Below are positions 15,001 to 28,470 of a stretch of DNA of 64,000 nt, one piece after another (within the stretch, counting starts at the first letter, position 1; each line of letters starts with the position of its first letter). The notes below the pieces were generated by a model that worked only from the letters and a program-made list of their open reading frames with translations, did no database searches and was not told the origin of the DNA. The translations under genes and the position numbers were made by a program. Source of the DNA: the human T2T-CHM13v2.0 reference genome, Homo sapiens; the NCBI RefSeq assembly GCF_009914755.1, contig NC_060933.1, one strand, 5' to 3'.

Positions 15001-15780
15001 CATTCCATTGCATTCCATTCCATTCCATTCCCCTGCACTCGCGTTGATTCCATTCCATTCCATTCCATTCCGTTCCGTTCCATTCCATTCCATTCCATTC
15101 CATTCCGTTCCGTTCCATTCCATTCCATTCCATTCTATTCGGGTTAATTCCATTCCATTCCATTCGATTGCAATCGATTTGATTCCATTCCATTCCATTC
15201 CACTCCATTCCATTCCATTCCATTCCATTCCTTTCCATTCCATTACGGTTGATTCCATTCCATTGCATTCCATTCCATTCCATTCCCCTGTACTCGGGTT
15301 GATTCCATTCCATCCCATTCCAATCCATGCCATTCCACTCGTGTTGATTCCATTCTTTCCATTCCATTCAAGTTGAATCCATTCCATTGCATTCCATTCC
15401 ATTCGATTCCATTTGATTGCACTCGGGTTGATTCCATTCCATTGCATTCCATTCCATTCCATTCCATTCCATTCCATTCCGTTCCATTCCATTCCATTAC
15501 ATTCGGATTGATTCTATTCAATTCCCTTACACTCCATTACATTCCATTCGGGTAGTTTCCATTGCATTCCATTCCATTTCTCTACATTCCATTGCACTCG
15601 GGTTGATTCCATTCCATTGCATTCCATTCCATTCCATTCAATTCCATTCCGTTCCATTCCATTCCATTACATTCGAATTGATTCTATTCAACTCCCTTAC
15701 TCTCCATTACATTCCATTCCATTCGGGTTGTTCCATTCCATTCCATTCCATTCCACTCCATTCCATTGCAATCGGGTTGA
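12040..15780 (-). repeat. ~1.3-kb block duplicated at ~2.4-kb offset (about 12040-13400 and 14440-15780)
   Basis: Shared rare variants GGGTTGATTCAATTCC (~12051/14452), CTTTCGGATTCATTC (12121/14522), ATTCGGATTAATT (12481/14882). Confidence 0.75.
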
Positions 15781-17879
15781 TTCCATTCAATTCCATTCCA
15801 TTCCATTCCATTCCATTCCGGAAGATTCCATTCCATTGCATTCCATTCCATTCCATTCTCCTGCACTCGCGTTGATTCCATTCCATTCCATTCTATTCCA
15901 TTCCATTCCCTTCCTTTCCTTTCCATTCCATTCCATTCCATTCCATTCCATTCCGTTCCGTTCCGTTCCATTCCATTCCATTCCATTCTATTCGGGTTAA
16001 TTCCACTCCATTCCATTCGATTGCAATCGAGTTGATTCCATTCCATTCCATTCCATTCCATTCCATTCCATTCCTTTCCATTCCATTACGGATGATTCCA
16101 TTCCATTGCATTCCATTCCATTCCATTCCGCTGTACTCGGGTTGATTCCATTCCATTACATTCCAATCCATGGCATTCCACTCGTGTTGATTCCATTCTT
16201 TCCATTCCATTCAAGTTGAATCCATTCCATTGCATTCCATTCCATTCGATTCCATTCGATTGCACTCGGGTTGATTCCATTCCACTGCATTCCATTCCAT
16301 TCCATTCCATTCCATTCCATTCCATTCCATTCCATTCCATTCCGTTCCATTCCATTCCATTACATTCGGATTGATTCTATTCAATTCCCTTAGACTCCAT
16401 TACATTCCATTCCATTCGGGTAGTTTCCATTCCATTCCATTCCATTTCTCTCCATTCCATTGAACTCGGGTTGATTCCATTCCATTCCATTCCATTCCAT
16501 TCCATTCAATTCCATTCCGTTCCATTCCATTCCATTACATTCGGATTGATTCTATTCAACTCCCTTACTCTCCATTACATTCCATTCCATTCGGGTTGTT
16601 CCATTCCATTCCATTCCATTTCACTCCATTCCATTGCACTCGGGTTTATTCCATTCCATTCCATTCCATTCCATTCCATTCCATTCCATTCCATTCCGGA
16701 AGATTCCATTCCATTGCATTCCATTCCATTCCATTGCCCTGCACTCGCGTTGATTCCATTCCATTCCATTCCATTCCATTCCATTCCATTCCATTCCTTT
16801 CCGTTCCATTCCATTCCATTCCATTCCAATCCATTCCATTCCGTTCCGTTCCATTCCATTCCATTCCATTCCATTCTATTCGGGTTAATTCCATTCCATT
16901 CCGTTCGATTGCAATCGAGTTGATTCCATTCCATTCCATTCCATTCCATTCCATTCCTTTCCATTCCATTACGGATAATTCCATTCCATTGCATTCCATT
17001 CCATTCCATTCCTCTGTACTCGGGTTGATTCCATTCCATTCCATTCCAATCCATGCCATTCCACTCGTGTTGATTCCATTCTTTCCATTTCATTCAAGTT
17101 GAATCCATTCCTTTGCATTCCATTCCATTCCATTCCCCTGCAGTCGGGTTGTTTCCATTCCATTCCATTCCATTCCCCTGCTGTCGGGTTGTTTCCATTC
17201 CATTCCATTCCATTCCATTCCATTCCATTCCATTCCGTTCCGTTCCATTCCATTCCATTCCATTCTATTCGGTTTAATTCCATTCCATTCCATTCCATTT
17301 TATTCCATTCCATTCCAATCGAGTTGATTCCATTCCATTCCATTCCATTCCATTCCACTCCATTCCAGTCCTTTCCATTCCATTCCACTCGGGTTGATTC
17401 CAATGTATTCCTTTCCATTCCATTCCATTCCATTGCAATCGAGTTGATTCCATTGCTTTGCATTCCATTCCATTCCATTCCATTCCGGATGATTCCATTC
17501 CATTGCATTCCATTCCATTCCATTCCCCTGCACTCGGGTTGATTCCATTCCATTCCACTCCATTCCGTTCCATTCCATTCCATTGCATTGTATTCGGGTT
17601 AATTCCATTCCATTCCATTCCATTCCATTCCATTCCATTCCAGTCCTTTCCATTCCATTCCACTCGGGTTGATTCCATTCTATTAGTTTCCTTTCCATTC
17701 CATTCCCTTCCATTCCACTCTGGTTGATTCCATTCCTTTCCATTCCACTCGAATACATTCCCTCCTATTCCACTCGGAACGATTCCATTCCATTCCATTC
17801 CATTCCATTCCATTCCATTCCATTCCATTCCATTCCATTTCGTTCCATTCCATTCTATTCCGTGTCCTTCCATTCCATT

Positions 17880-20800
17880 CCATTCCATTCCATTCCCCTG
17901 CAGTCGGGTTGTTTCCATTCCATTCAATTCCCTTCCATTCCATTCCATTCCATTCCATTCCGATCCGTTCCATTCCATTCCATTCCATTCTATTCGGGTT
18001 AATTCCATTCCATTCCATTCCATTCCATTCCATTCCATTCCATTCCAATCGAGTTGATTCCATTCCATTCCATTCCATTCCATTCCAGTCCATTCCAGTC
18101 CTTTCCATTCCATTCCACTCGGGTTGATTCCAATGTATTCCTTTCCATTCCATTCCATTCCATTGCAATCGAGTTGATTCCATTGCTTTGCATTCCATTC
18201 CATTCCTTTCCATTCCGGATGATTCCATTCCATTGCATTCCATTCCATTCCATTCCTCTCCATTCCATTGCACTCGGGTTGATTCCATTCCATTCCATTC
18301 CATTCCATTCCATTCCATTCCATTACATTACATTACATTACATTCCGTTCCTTTGTACTCGGGATGATTCCATTCCATTGCATTCCATTCCATTCCATTC
18401 CATTCCATTCCATTCCCTTCCATTCCATTCCGTTCCATTCCATTACATTCGGATTGATTCAATTCAACTCCCTTACTCTCCATTACATTCCATTCCATTC
18501 GGGTTGTTCCATTCCATTCCATTCCATTCCACTCCATTCCATTGCGCTCGGGTTGATTCCATTCCATTCCATTCCATTCCATTCCATTCCATTCCATTCC
18601 GGATGATTCCATTCCATTGCATTCCGTCCCATTACATTCCCTTGCACTCGGGTTGATTCCATTCCATTCCATTCCATTCCATTCGATTCCATTCCATTCC
18701 AATTCTTTCCATTCCATTCTATTCCGTACCATTCCATTCCATTCCATACAATTCCATTCCATTCCATTCCACTCCGTTCCGTTCCTTTCCGTTCTGTTCC
18801 GTTCCATTCCATTCCATTCCATTCTATTCGGTTTAATTCCATTCCATTCCATTCCATTCCATTCCATTCTATTCCATTCCATTGCAATCGAGTTGAATCC
18901 ATTGCATTCCATTCCATTCCATTCCATTCCATTCCGGAAGATTCCATTCCATTGCATTCCATTCCATTCCATTCCATTCCATTCTATTCCATTCCATTGT
19001 ACTCGGGTTGATTCCATTCCATTGCATTCCATTCCATTCCATTCCATTCCGTTCCATTCCATTCCATTACATTCGGATTGATTCTTTTCAACTCCCTTAC
19101 TCTCCATTACATTCCATTCCATTCGGGTTGTTCCATTCCATTCCATTCCATTCCACTCCATTCCATTGCACTCGGGTTGATTCCATTCCATTCCATTCCG
19201 GATGATTCCATTCCATTGCATTCCGTTCCATTACATTCCCCTGCACTCGGGTTGATTCCATTCCATTCCTTTCCATTCCATTCGATTCCATTCCATTCCC
19301 CTGCACGCGCGTTGATTCCATTCCATTCCATTCCATTCCATTCCATTCCATTCCATTCCATTCCATTCCTTTCCGTTCCATTCCATTCCATTCCATTCCA
19401 TTCCGTTCCGTTCCATACCATTCCATTCCATTCTATTCGGGTTAATTCCATTCCATTCCATTCGATTGCAATCGAGTTGATTCCATTCCATTCCATACCA
19501 TTCGATTGCAATCGAGTTGATTCTATTCCATTCCATTACATTCCATTCCATTCCAGTCCTTTCCATTCCTTTCCATTCCATTACTGATGATTCCATTCTA
19601 TTGCATTCCATTCCATTCCATTCCCCTGTACTCGGGTTGATTCCATTCCATTCCATTCCAATCCATGCCATTCCACTCGTGTTGATTCCATTCTTTCCTT
19701 TCCATTCAAGTTGAATCCATTCCATTGCATTCCATTCCATTCGATTCCATTCGATTGCACTCGGGTTGATTCCATTCCATTGCATTCCATTCCATTCCAT
19801 TCCATTCCGTTCCATTCCATTTCATTACATTCAGATTGATTCTATTCCATTCCCTTACACTCCAATATATTCCAATCCATTCTGGTTGTTTCCATTCCAT
19901 TCCATTCCATTTCACTCCATTCCATTGCACTCGGGTTGATTCCATTCCATTCCATTCCATTGCATTCCATTCCATTCCATTCCGGATGATTCCATTCCAT
20001 TGCATTCCATTCCATTCAATTCCCCTGCACTCGGGTTGATTCCATTTCATTCCATTCCATTACATTCCGTTCCATTCCATTCCATTCCATTCGGATTGAT
20101 TCTATTCAATTCCCTTACGCTCCATTACATTCCATTCCATTCGGTTAGTTTCCATTCCATTCCATTCCATTCCTCTCCATTCCATTGCACTCAGGTTGAT
20201 TCCATTCCATTCCATTCCATTCCATTCCATTCCATTCCATTACATTACATTCCATTCCGTTCCATTGTACTCGGGTTGATTCCATTCCATTGCATTCCAT
20301 TCCATTCCATTCCATTCCATTCCATTCCATTCCATTCCATTCCATTCCGTTCCATTCCATTACATTCGGAGTGATTCTATTCAACTCCCTTACTCTCCAT
20401 TACATTCCATTCCATTCGGGTTGTTCCATTCCATTCGATTCCATTCCACTCCATTCCATTCCATTCCATTCCACTCCATTCCATTGCACTCGGGTTTATT
20501 CCATTCCATTCCATTCCATTCCATTCCATTCCATTCCGTTCCATTCCGGAAGATTCCATTCCATTGCATTCCATTCCATTCCATTCCCCTGCACTCGCTT
20601 TGATTCCATTCCATTCCATTCCATTCCATTTCATTCCATTCCTTTCCGTTCCATTCCATTCCATTCCGTTCCGTTCCGTTCCATTCCATTCCATTCCATT
20701 CTATTCGGGTTAATTCCATTCCATTCCATTCGATTGCAATCGAGTTGATTCCATTCCATTCCATTCCATTCCATTCCATTCCATTCCATTCCATTCCTTT

Positions 20801-22560
20801 CCATTTCATTACGGATGATTCCATTCCATTGCATTCCATTACATTCCATTCCCCTGTACTCGGGTTGATTCCATTCCATTCCATTCCAATCCATGCCATT
20901 CCACTCGTGTTGATTCCATTCTTTCCATTCCATTCAAGTTGAATCCATTCCGTTGCATTCCATTCCATTCCATTCCCCTGCAGTCGGGTTGTTTCCATTC
21001 CATTCCATTCCCTTCCATTCCATTCCATTCCATTCCATTCCGATCCGTTCCATTCCATTCCATTCCATTCTATTCGGGTTAATTCCATTCCATTCCATTC
21101 CATTCCATTCCATTCCATTCCATTCCAATCGAGTTGATTCCATTCCATTCCATTCCATTCCATTCCACTCCATTCCAGTCCTTTCCATTCCATTCCACTC
21201 GGGTTGATTCCAATGTATTCCTTTCCATTCCATTCCATTCCATTGCAATCGAGTTGATTCCATTGCTTTGCATTCCATTCCATTCCTTTCCATTCCGGAT
21301 GATTCCATTCCATTGCATTCCATTCCATTCCATTCCTCTCCATTCCATTGCACTCGGGTTGATTCCATTCCATTCCATTCCATTCCATTCCATTCCATTC
21401 CATTACATTCCATTCCGTTCCTTTGTACTCGGGTTGATTCCATTCCATTGCATTCCATTCCATTCCATTCCATTCCATTCCATTCCCTTCCATTCCATTC
21501 CGTTCCATTCCATTACATTCGGATTGATTCAATTCAACTCCCTTACTCTCCATTACATTCCATTCCATTCGGGTTGTTCCATTCCATTCCATTCCATTCC
21601 ACTCCATTCCATTGCGCTCGGGTTGATTCCATTCCATTCCATTCCATTCCATTCCATTCCATTCCATTCCGGATGATTCCATTCCATTGCATTCCGTCCC
21701 ATTACATTCCCTTGCACTCGGGTTGATTCCATTCCATTCCATTCCATTCCATTCGATTCCATTCCATTCCAATTCTTTCCATTCCATTCTATTCCGTACC
21801 ATTCCATTCCATTCCATACAATTCCATTCCATTCCATTCCACTCCGTTCCGTTCCTTTCCGTTCTGTTCCGTTCCATTCCATTCCATTCCATTCTATTCG
21901 GTTTAATTCCATTCCATTCCATTCCATTCCATTCCATTCCATTCTATTCCATTCCATTGCAATCGAGTTGAATCCATTGCATTCCGTTCCATTCCATTCC
22001 ATTCCATTCCGGAAGATTCCATTCCATTGCATTCCATTCCATTCCATTCCATTCCATTCCATTCCATTCCATTCCATTGTACTCGGGTTGATTCCATTCC
22101 ATTGCATTCCATTCCATTCCATTCCATTCCGTTCCATTCCATTCCATTACATTCGGATTGATTCTTTTCAACTCCCTTACTCTCCATTACATTCCATTCC
22201 ATTCGGGTTGCTCCATTCCATTCCATTCCATTCCACTCCATTCCATTGCACTCGGGTTGATTCCATTCCATTCCATTCCGGATGATTCCATTCCATTGCA
22301 TTCCGTTCCATTACATTCCCCTGCACTCGGGTTGATTCCATTCCATTCCTTTCCATTCCATTCGATTCCATTCCATTCCCCTGCACGCGCGTTGATTCCA
22401 TTCCATTCCATTCCATTCCATTCCATTCCGTTCCGTTCCTTTCCGTTCCATTCCATTCCATTCCATTCCATTCCATTCCATTCCTTTCCGTTCCATTCCA
22501 TTCCATTCCATTCTATTCGGGTTAATTCCATTCCATTCCATTCGATTGCAATCGAGTTGA
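17880..22560 (-). repeat. ~1.6-kb block duplicated at ~3.07-kb offset (about 17880-19480 and 20960-22560)
   Basis: Shared rare variants CGATCCGTTC (17961/21041), CTTTGTACTC (18351/21421), ATTGCGCTCG (18541/21611), GTTCTGTTCC (18791/21861), CTGCACGCGC (19301/22381). Confidence 0.85.
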
Positions 22561-25500
22561 TTCCATTCCATTCCATTCCATTCCATTCCATTCCATTCCA
22601 TTCCGGAAGATTCCATTCCATTGCATTCCATTCCATTCCATTTCCCTGCACTCACGTTGATTCCATTCCATTCCATTCCATTCCATTCCATTCCATTCCA
22701 TTCCATTCCATTCCTTTCCGTTCCATTCCATTCCATTCCATTCCATTCCATTCCGTTCCGTTCCGTTCCATTCCATTCCATTCCATTCTATTCGGGTTAA
22801 TTCCATTCCATTCCATTCGATTGCAATCGAGTTGATTCCATGCCATTCCATTCCATTCCATTCCATTCCATTCCATTCCATTCCATACCTTTCCATTCCA
22901 TTACGGATGATTCCATTCCATTGCATTCCATTCCATTCCTTTCCCCTGTACTCGGGTTGATTCCTTTCCATTCCATTCCAATCCATGGCATTCCACTCGT
23001 GTTGATTCCATTCTTTCCATTCCATTCAAGTTGAATCCATTCCATTGCTTTCCATTCCATTCCATTCCCCTGCAGTCGGGTTGATTCCATTCCATTCCAT
23101 TCCATTCCATTCCATTTCATTCCGTTCCGTTCCGTTCCGTTCCATTCCATTCCATTCCATTCTATTCGGGTTAATTCCATTCCATTCCATTCCATTCCAA
23201 TCGAGTTGATTCTATTCCATTCCATTCCATTCCATTCCACTCCATTCCATTGCACTCGGGTTGATTCCATTCCATTCCATTCCATTCCATTCCATTCCAT
23301 TCCGGATGATTCCATTCCATTGCATTCCGTTCCATTACATTCCCCTGCACTCGGGTTGATTCCATTCCATTCCATTCCATTCCATTCGATTGCATTCCAT
23401 TCCAATTCATTCCATTCCATTCTATTCCGTACCATTCCATTCCATTCCATACAATTCCATTCCATTCCATTCCACTCCGTTCCGTTCCGTTCAGTTCCAT
23501 TCCGTTCCGTTCCATTCCATTCCGTTCCATTCTATTCGGTTTAATTCCATTCCATTCCATTCCATTCCATTCTATTCCATTCCATTGGAATCGAGTTGAA
23601 TCCATTGCATTCCATTCCATTCCATTCCATTCCATTCCTTTCCATTCCGGAAGATTCCATTCCATTGCATTCCATTCCATTCCATTCCGTTCCATTCCAT
23701 TCCATTCCATTCCATTCCATTGTACTCGGGTTGATTCCATTCCATTGCATTCCATTCCATTCCATTCCATTCCGTTCCATTCCATTCCATTACATTCGGA
23801 TTGATTCTTTTCAACTCCCTTACTCTACATTACATTCCATTCCATTCGGGTTGTTCCATTCCATTCCATTCCATTCCACTCCATTCCATTGCACTCGGGT
23901 TGATTCCATTCCATTCCATTCCATTCCATTCCGGATGATTCCTTTCCATTGCATTCCGTTCCATTACATTCCCCTGCACTCGGGTTGATTCCATTCCTTT
24001 CCATTCCATTCGTGTTGAATCCATTCCATTCCATTCCATTACTTTCGATTCCATTCCATTGCACTCGGGTTGAACCCATTCCATTGGATTCCTTTCCATT
24101 CCATTGCATTCCATTCCGTTCCATTCCATTCCATTACATTCGTATTGATTCTATTCACTTCCCTTACACTCCATTCCATTCCATTCCATTCGGGTTGTTT
24201 CCATTCCATTCCATTCCATTCCACTCCATTCCATTGCAATCAGGTTGATTCCATTCCATTCCATTCCATTCCATTCCGTATGATTCCATTCCATTGCATT
24301 CCATTCCATTCCATTCCCCTGCACTCGGGTGGATTCCATTCTATTCCATTCCATTCCATTCCACTCTATTCCATTCCATTCCATTCCATTCCATTCCATT
24401 CCATTCCATTCTATTCGGGTTAATTTCATTCCATTCCATTCCATTCCATTCCATTGCATTCCATTCCATTCCATTGAAATCGAGTTGATTCCATTTCATT
24501 CCATTCCATTCCATTCCATTCCATTCCATTCCATTCCATTGCATTCTATTCCGGTTAATTCCATTCCATTCCATTCCATTCCATTCCCTTCCTTTCCATT
24601 CCATTCCATTCTATTAGGGTTAATTCCATTCCATTCCATTCCATTACATTCCATTGCAATCGAGTTGATTCCATTCCATTCCATTCCATTCCATTCAATT
24701 CCGGATGATTGCATTCCATTGCCTTCCATTCCATTCCATTCCCCTGCACTCGGGTTGATTCCATTCCATTCCTTTCCATTCCATTCCATTCCATTCCATT
24801 TCGTTTCATTCCGTTCTATTCCGTACCATTCCATTCCATTCCATTCCATTTCATTCCATTCCATTCCATGCCATTCCACTCGGGTTGATTCCATTCCTTT
24901 CCATTCCATTCGACTTGAATCCATTCCATTCCATTCCATTCCATTCGATTCCATTCCATTGCACACGGGTTCATTCCATTCCATTCCATTCCATTCCATT
25001 CCATTCCATTCCATTCCACTCGGGATGATTCCATTCCTTTCCATTCCATTCGGGTTGAAACCATTCCATTCCATTCCATTCCTTTCGATTCCATTCCATT
25101 ACACTCGGGTTGATCCCATTCCATTGCATTGCATTCCATTCCATTGCATTCCATTCCGTTCCATTCCATTCCATTACATTCGTATTGATTCTATTCAATT
25201 CCCTTACACTCCATTACATTCCATTCCATTCGGGTTGTTTCCATTCCATTCCATTCCATTCCACTCCATTCCATTGCAATCGGGTTGATTCCATTCCATT
25301 CTATTCCATTCCATTCCGTTCCATTCCATTCCATTCCTTTCCATTCTGTTCAGGTTAATTCCATTCCATTCCATTCCCTTCCATTCCATTCCATTCCATT
25401 CCATTCCATTCCATCCAATTGCAATCGAGTTGATTCCATTGCATTCCATTCCATTCCATTCCATTCCATTGCATTCCATTCCATTCCATTCCCCTGCACT

Positions 25501-28440
25501 CAGATTGATTCCATTCCATCCCATTCCATTCTATTCCGTTCCATTCCATTCCATTCCATTCTATTCCCGTTAATTCCATTCCATTCCATTACATTCCATT
25601 GCAATCGAGTTGATTCCATTCCATTCCGTTCCATTCCATTCCATTCCATTCCATTTCGTTCCATTCCATTCTATTCCGTACCATTCCATTCCATTCCATT
25701 CCATTCCATTCCATGCCATTCCACTCGGGTTGATTCTATTGCTTTCCATTCCATTTTGGTTGAATCCAATACATTCCATTCCATTCCATTCCATTCCATT
25801 CCATTGCACTAGGTTTGATTCCATTCCACTGCATTCCATTCCATTCCATTCCGTTCCATTCCATTCCATTACATTCGGATTGATTGTATTCAATTCCTTA
25901 CACTCCATTACATTCCATTCCATTCGGGTTGTTTCCATTCCATTCCATTCCATTCCATTTTGTTCCATTCCATTCTATTCCGTACCATTCCATTCCATTC
26001 CATTCCATTCCATTCCATTTCATTCCATTCCATTCCATGCCATTCCACTCGGGTTGATTCCATTCCTTTCCATTCCATTCTAGTTGAATCCATTCCATTG
26101 CATTCCATTCCATTCGATTCCATTCAATTGCACACGGGTTCATTCCATTCCATTCCATTCCATTCCATTTCGTTCCATTCCATTCTATTCCGTACCATTC
26201 CCTTCCATTCAATTCCATTCCACTCTATTCCATGCCATTCCACTCGGGTTTATTCCATTCCCTTCCATTCCATTCGGGTTGAATCCATTCCATTCCATTC
26301 CATTCCATTCCATTCCATTCCATTCCATGCCATTCCACTCGGGTTGATTCCATTCTTTTCCATTCCATTCGAGTTGAACCCATTCCATTCCATTCCATTC
26401 CATTCCATTCCATTCCATTCCACTCGGGTTGATTCCATTCCTTTCCATTCCATTCGGGTTGAAACCATTCCATTCTATTCCATTCCTTTCGATTCCATTC
26501 CATTTCACTCGGGTTGATCCCATTCCATTGCATTCCATTCCATTCCATTGCATTCCATTCCGTTCCATTCCATTCCATTACATTCGTATTGATTCTATTC
26601 AATTCCCTTACTCTCCATTACATTCCATTCCATTCGGGTTGTTTCCATTCCATTCCATTCCATTCCACTCCATTCCATTGCAATCGGGTTGATTCCATTC
26701 CATTCCATTGCATTCCATTCCATTTCATTCCATTCCATTCCATTCCATTCCATTCCGTATGATTCCATTCCATTGCATTCCATTCCATTCCATTCCACTG
26801 CACTCGGTTGGATTCCATTCTATTCCATTCCATTCCATTCCATTCCATTCCATTCCATTCCATTCCATTCCATTCTATTCGGGTTAATTTCATTCCATTC
26901 CCTTCCATTCCATTCCATTCCATTCCATTCCATTCCATTCCATTGAAATCGAGTTGATTCCATTCCATTCCATTCCATTCCATTCCATTCCATTCTATTC
27001 GTGTTAATTCCATTCCATTCCATTCCATTCCATTCCATTCCATTCCATTCCATTCCATTCCATTCCATTCTATTAGGGTTAATTCCATTCCATTCCATTC
27101 CATTGCATTCCATTCCATTCCACTCCATTCCATGCCATTCCACTCGGGTTTATTCCATTCCTTTCCATTCCATTCGGGTTGAGTCCATTCCATTCCATTC
27201 CATTCCATTCCATTCCATTCCATGCCATTGCACTCGGGTTGATTCCATTCCTTTCCATTCCATTCGAATTGAACCCATTCCATTCCCTTCCATTCCATTC
27301 CATTCCATTCCATTCCATTGCTCACGGGTTCATTCCATTCCATTCCATTCCATTCCGTTCCATTCCATTCCATTTCGTTCCATTCCATTCTATTCCGTAC
27401 CATTCCATTCCATTCCATTCCCTTCCATGCCATTTCACTCGGGTTTATTCCATTCCTTTCCGTTCCATTCGGGTTGAATCCATTCCATTCCATTCCATTC
27501 CATTCCATTGTGCTCGGGTTGATTCCATTCCATTCTATGCCATTCCATTTCATTCCGTTCTATTCCATTCCATTCCTTTCCATTCCTTTCCTTTCAATTC
27601 CATTCCATTACATTCGGATTGATTCTTTTTAATTCCCTTACACTCCATTACATTCCATTCCATTCGGGTACTTTCCATTCCATTCCATTCCATTCCACTG
27701 CATTCTATTGCACTCGGGTTGATTGATTCCATTAGATTGCATTCCATTCCATTCCATTCCCCTGCACTCGGGTTGATCCCATTCCATTGCATTCCATTCC
27801 ATTCCGTTCCATTCCATTCCATTCCATTCTTTTCAGGTTAATTCCATTCCATTCCATTCCATTCCATTCCATTCCATTCCATTCCATCCCATTGCAATCT
27901 AGTTGATTCCATTGCATTCCATTCCATTCCATTCCATTCCATTGCATTCCATTCCATTGCATTCCCCTGCACTCAGATTGATTCCATTCCATCCCATTCC
28001 ATTCCATTCCGTTCCATTACATTCCATTCCATTCTATTCGCGTTAATTCCATTCCATTCCATTCCATTACATTCCATTGCAATCGAGTTGATTCCATTCC
28101 ATTCCGTTCCATTCCATTCCATTCCATTCCATTTCGTTCCATTCCATTCTATTCTGTACCATTCCATTCCATTCCATTCCATTCCATTCCATTCCATGCC
28201 ATTCCACTCGGGTTGATTCCATTGCTTTCCATTCCATTTGGGTTGAATCCAATCCATTCCATTCCATTCCATTCCATTCCATTCCATTCCATTCCATTTC
28301 ATTCCATTGCACTAGGTTTGATTCCATTCCGCTGCATTCCATTCCATTCCATTCCGTTCCATTCCATTCCATTACATTCGGATTGATTGTATTCAATTCC
28401 CTTACACTCCAATACATTCCATTCCATTCGGGTTGTTTCC

Positions 28441-28470
28441 ATTCCATTCCATTCCGTGTGCAATGGAATG
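28441..28470. other. Strand-switch junction 2 (divergent G-rich strands)
   Basis: ATTCCATTCCATT[CC]GTGTGCAATGGAATG; the right side is a truncated GAACCCGTGTGCAAT motif; CC at 28454-28455 is shared. Confidence 0.95.

Larger units (their letters stand above)
7212..28455 (-). repeat. HSat3 block 2, inverted (CATTC on +), 21.2 kb
   Basis: ATTCC repeats and reverse-complement decamers (ACTCGGGTTG) from 7212 to ...ATTCC at 28455. Confidence 0.97.

Noticed and set aside
20390-21937. Long ORFs (515 aa here; also 28503-29693, 46672-47745, 4047-5114 and hundreds more)
   Set aside because: GGAAT repeats are stop-free in all six frames and ATG recurs every 5 bp, so poly-MEWNG/IPFHS ORFs are expected by chance. 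Repeat-derived WNGME peptide is described for SCA31 TGGAA expansions, but nothing here shows translation.
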